The position numbers and the translations under genes are program-made. DNA of 64,000 nt, from contig OX337228.1 of assembly GCA_946965045.2 (NCBI GenBank), positions 806,001 through 870,000 of the forward strand, in the 5' to 3' direction. Positions 62,951 to 64,000 of the stretch are shown here, one piece after another. The notes under the pieces were generated by a model. It made no database searches. It was not told the origin of the DNA and worked only from the letters and a program-made list of their open reading frames with translations. Numbering within the stretch: position 1 is the stretch's first letter; every line of letters starts with the position of its first letter. The DNA comes from Epithemia pelagica. Its lineage: Eukaryota; Protista; Bacillariophyta.

Positions 62951-64000
62951 ATGGGAAACTTGTTGGGAGCACCCGTGACGGAAAAGGAAACGGAACGTGG
63001 TACGACCGTGGAAGGTCCCGAAGACGAACGGGTTCGATTTGCCGTTTCGTCCATGCAAGGATGGCGTGTCCATATGGAAGATGCCCACATTACCGAAGCC
63101 CGCTTGTATGCGGCCGAGCCATCCGCCAATGCGGCTTCCACTTGGAACAAGTTGGACTTGCCCGGTCATTCGCTCTTTGCCGTCTTTGATGGTCATGGAG
63201 GTTCTTATTCGGCCTTGTATGCCGGACGGAATTTGTGCCGTGTCTTGTCACGACAATCCAAATTTGTGCAATATGCCAAACTCGTTCAAAGCAACAACAA
63301 CAACAACAGTACGTCGACTCCACGATTGGGAGAAATGGTGGAATTGTTAAAAGGAGCCTTGACGGATGCCTTTGTCGATATGGACAAGGAAATCTTTTTG
63401 GCCTTGTTGAAGGGAACCAAAGTACCCGATGCCGATACACCCTATCATGACGACCAACCAACATCACACCACCCGGCACCCAAACCTACGACCGACATCA
63501 ATCCTACCATGGCCTTGGATTCTACTACTCCTGCTGCCAATTCGAACAACAGTGTCGAATTGTTGGAAGAAGAAGGCAATTCTGGTACGACCGCCTGTGT
63601 CGTGTTGGTGACACCCCATTGTATCTTGTGTGCCAATGCCGGTGATTCGCGTGGTATTTTGCGACAATTAAATGGTCGAACCATGGCCTTGAGTTTTGAT
63701 CACAAACCGGAAGATGAAGGCGAAGAAGGGCGAATTCGAGCGGCGGGTGGCTATGTGACGGGGGGCCGGGTGGAAGGGGATTTGGCCGTCAGTCGAGGAT
63801 TGGGTGATTTTCGATTCAAAGATGCCACCATTGTCCAACGGGGAAGTGGCAATAGTTTGGATCCAGTCTTGCTGTCACAACCAACCGATACAATGACACT
63901 GGGGAATGCGAATAACAATAACAACAACAACATATTCATGCCATCCTCCTCACCAACGGTCCAATCGGCCGGAGATCAAAAAGTGTCACCAATACCCGAT
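62951..64000 (+). CDS. PP2C phosphatase, PTC2/PPM1A-like, N-myristoylation-type start; runs off the window end
   Basis: Manual translation is open for 350 codons: MGNLLGAPVTEKET, SSMQGWRVHMEDAH, VFDGHGG, SGTTAC, ANAGDSR, LSFDHKP, GRVEGDLAVSRGLGDFRFK, DQKVSPIPD. Confidence 0.95.
   Translation, partial: MGNLLGAPVTEKETERGTTVEGPEDERVRFAVSSMQGWRVHMEDAHITEARLYAAEPSANAASTWNKLDLPGHSLFAVFDGHGGSYSALYAGRNLCRVLSRQSKFVQYAKLVQSNNNNNSTSTPRLGEMVELLKGALTDAFVDMDKEIFLALLKGTKVPDADTPYHDDQPTSHHPAPKPTTDINPTMALDSTTPAANSNNSVELLEEEGNSGTTACVVLVTPHCILCANAGDSRGILRQLNGRTMALSFDHKPEDEGEEGRIRAAGGYVTGGRVEGDLAVSRGLGDFRFKDATIVQRGSGNSLDPVLLSQPTDTMTLGNANNNNNNNIFMPSSSPTVQSAGDQKVSPIPD

Noticed and set aside
1-64000. rRNA, tRNA or other structured RNA genes
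   Set aside because: None recognised by eye; the only tRNA-related sequence is the retrotransposon PBS. A tRNAscan-SE/Infernal run would be needed to exclude small ncRNAs.

Overview
Eukaryotic, intron-poor, gene-dense window, most likely from a (pennate) diatom. This is inferred from a CoDi-like Ty1/copia element, a diatom-type C2HC domain protein and an ornithine cyclodeaminase; the species cannot be determined. About 14 host genes are present: a TM/EF-hand protein, a Gln-rich C2HC-domain protein, two PP2C phosphatases, PP5, a USP36/42-like deubiquitinase, a DA1-like UIM-LIM-peptidase, a 2,932-aa BRWD/PHIP-like chromatin reader, a SIRT1-like sirtuin, OCD, NOT3/5 and several unknowns. They are interrupted by a transposon island at about 12.0-24.7 kb. 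The island holds a very recent, complete Ty1/copia element (13197-20292; identical 167-bp LTRs, CAACC TSD, half-tRNA-iMet PBS). That element is nested in a 746-bp non-autonomous TIR element with a 10-bp TSD (Mutator-like, 12596-20442). An intact hAT element with 13-bp TIRs and a 7-bp TSD follows (21274-24666). The best lead is the copia gag/pol junction: gag and pol are in the same frame, separated by one UGA. A 12-bp GC-rich hairpin starts 4 nt after the UGA and is followed by an in-frame hydrophobic segment, which suggests programmed stop-codon readthrough. Other leads are an unnamed 66-aa domain repeated three times in the chromatin reader, a one-base frameshift separating the sirtuin from a ZZ finger, an unexplained perfect 48-bp direct repeat around the nested elements, and extended TGACGTCA palindromes in divergent promoters. 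No rRNA, tRNA or CRISPR array was seen. All calls are by eye; no database searches were run.
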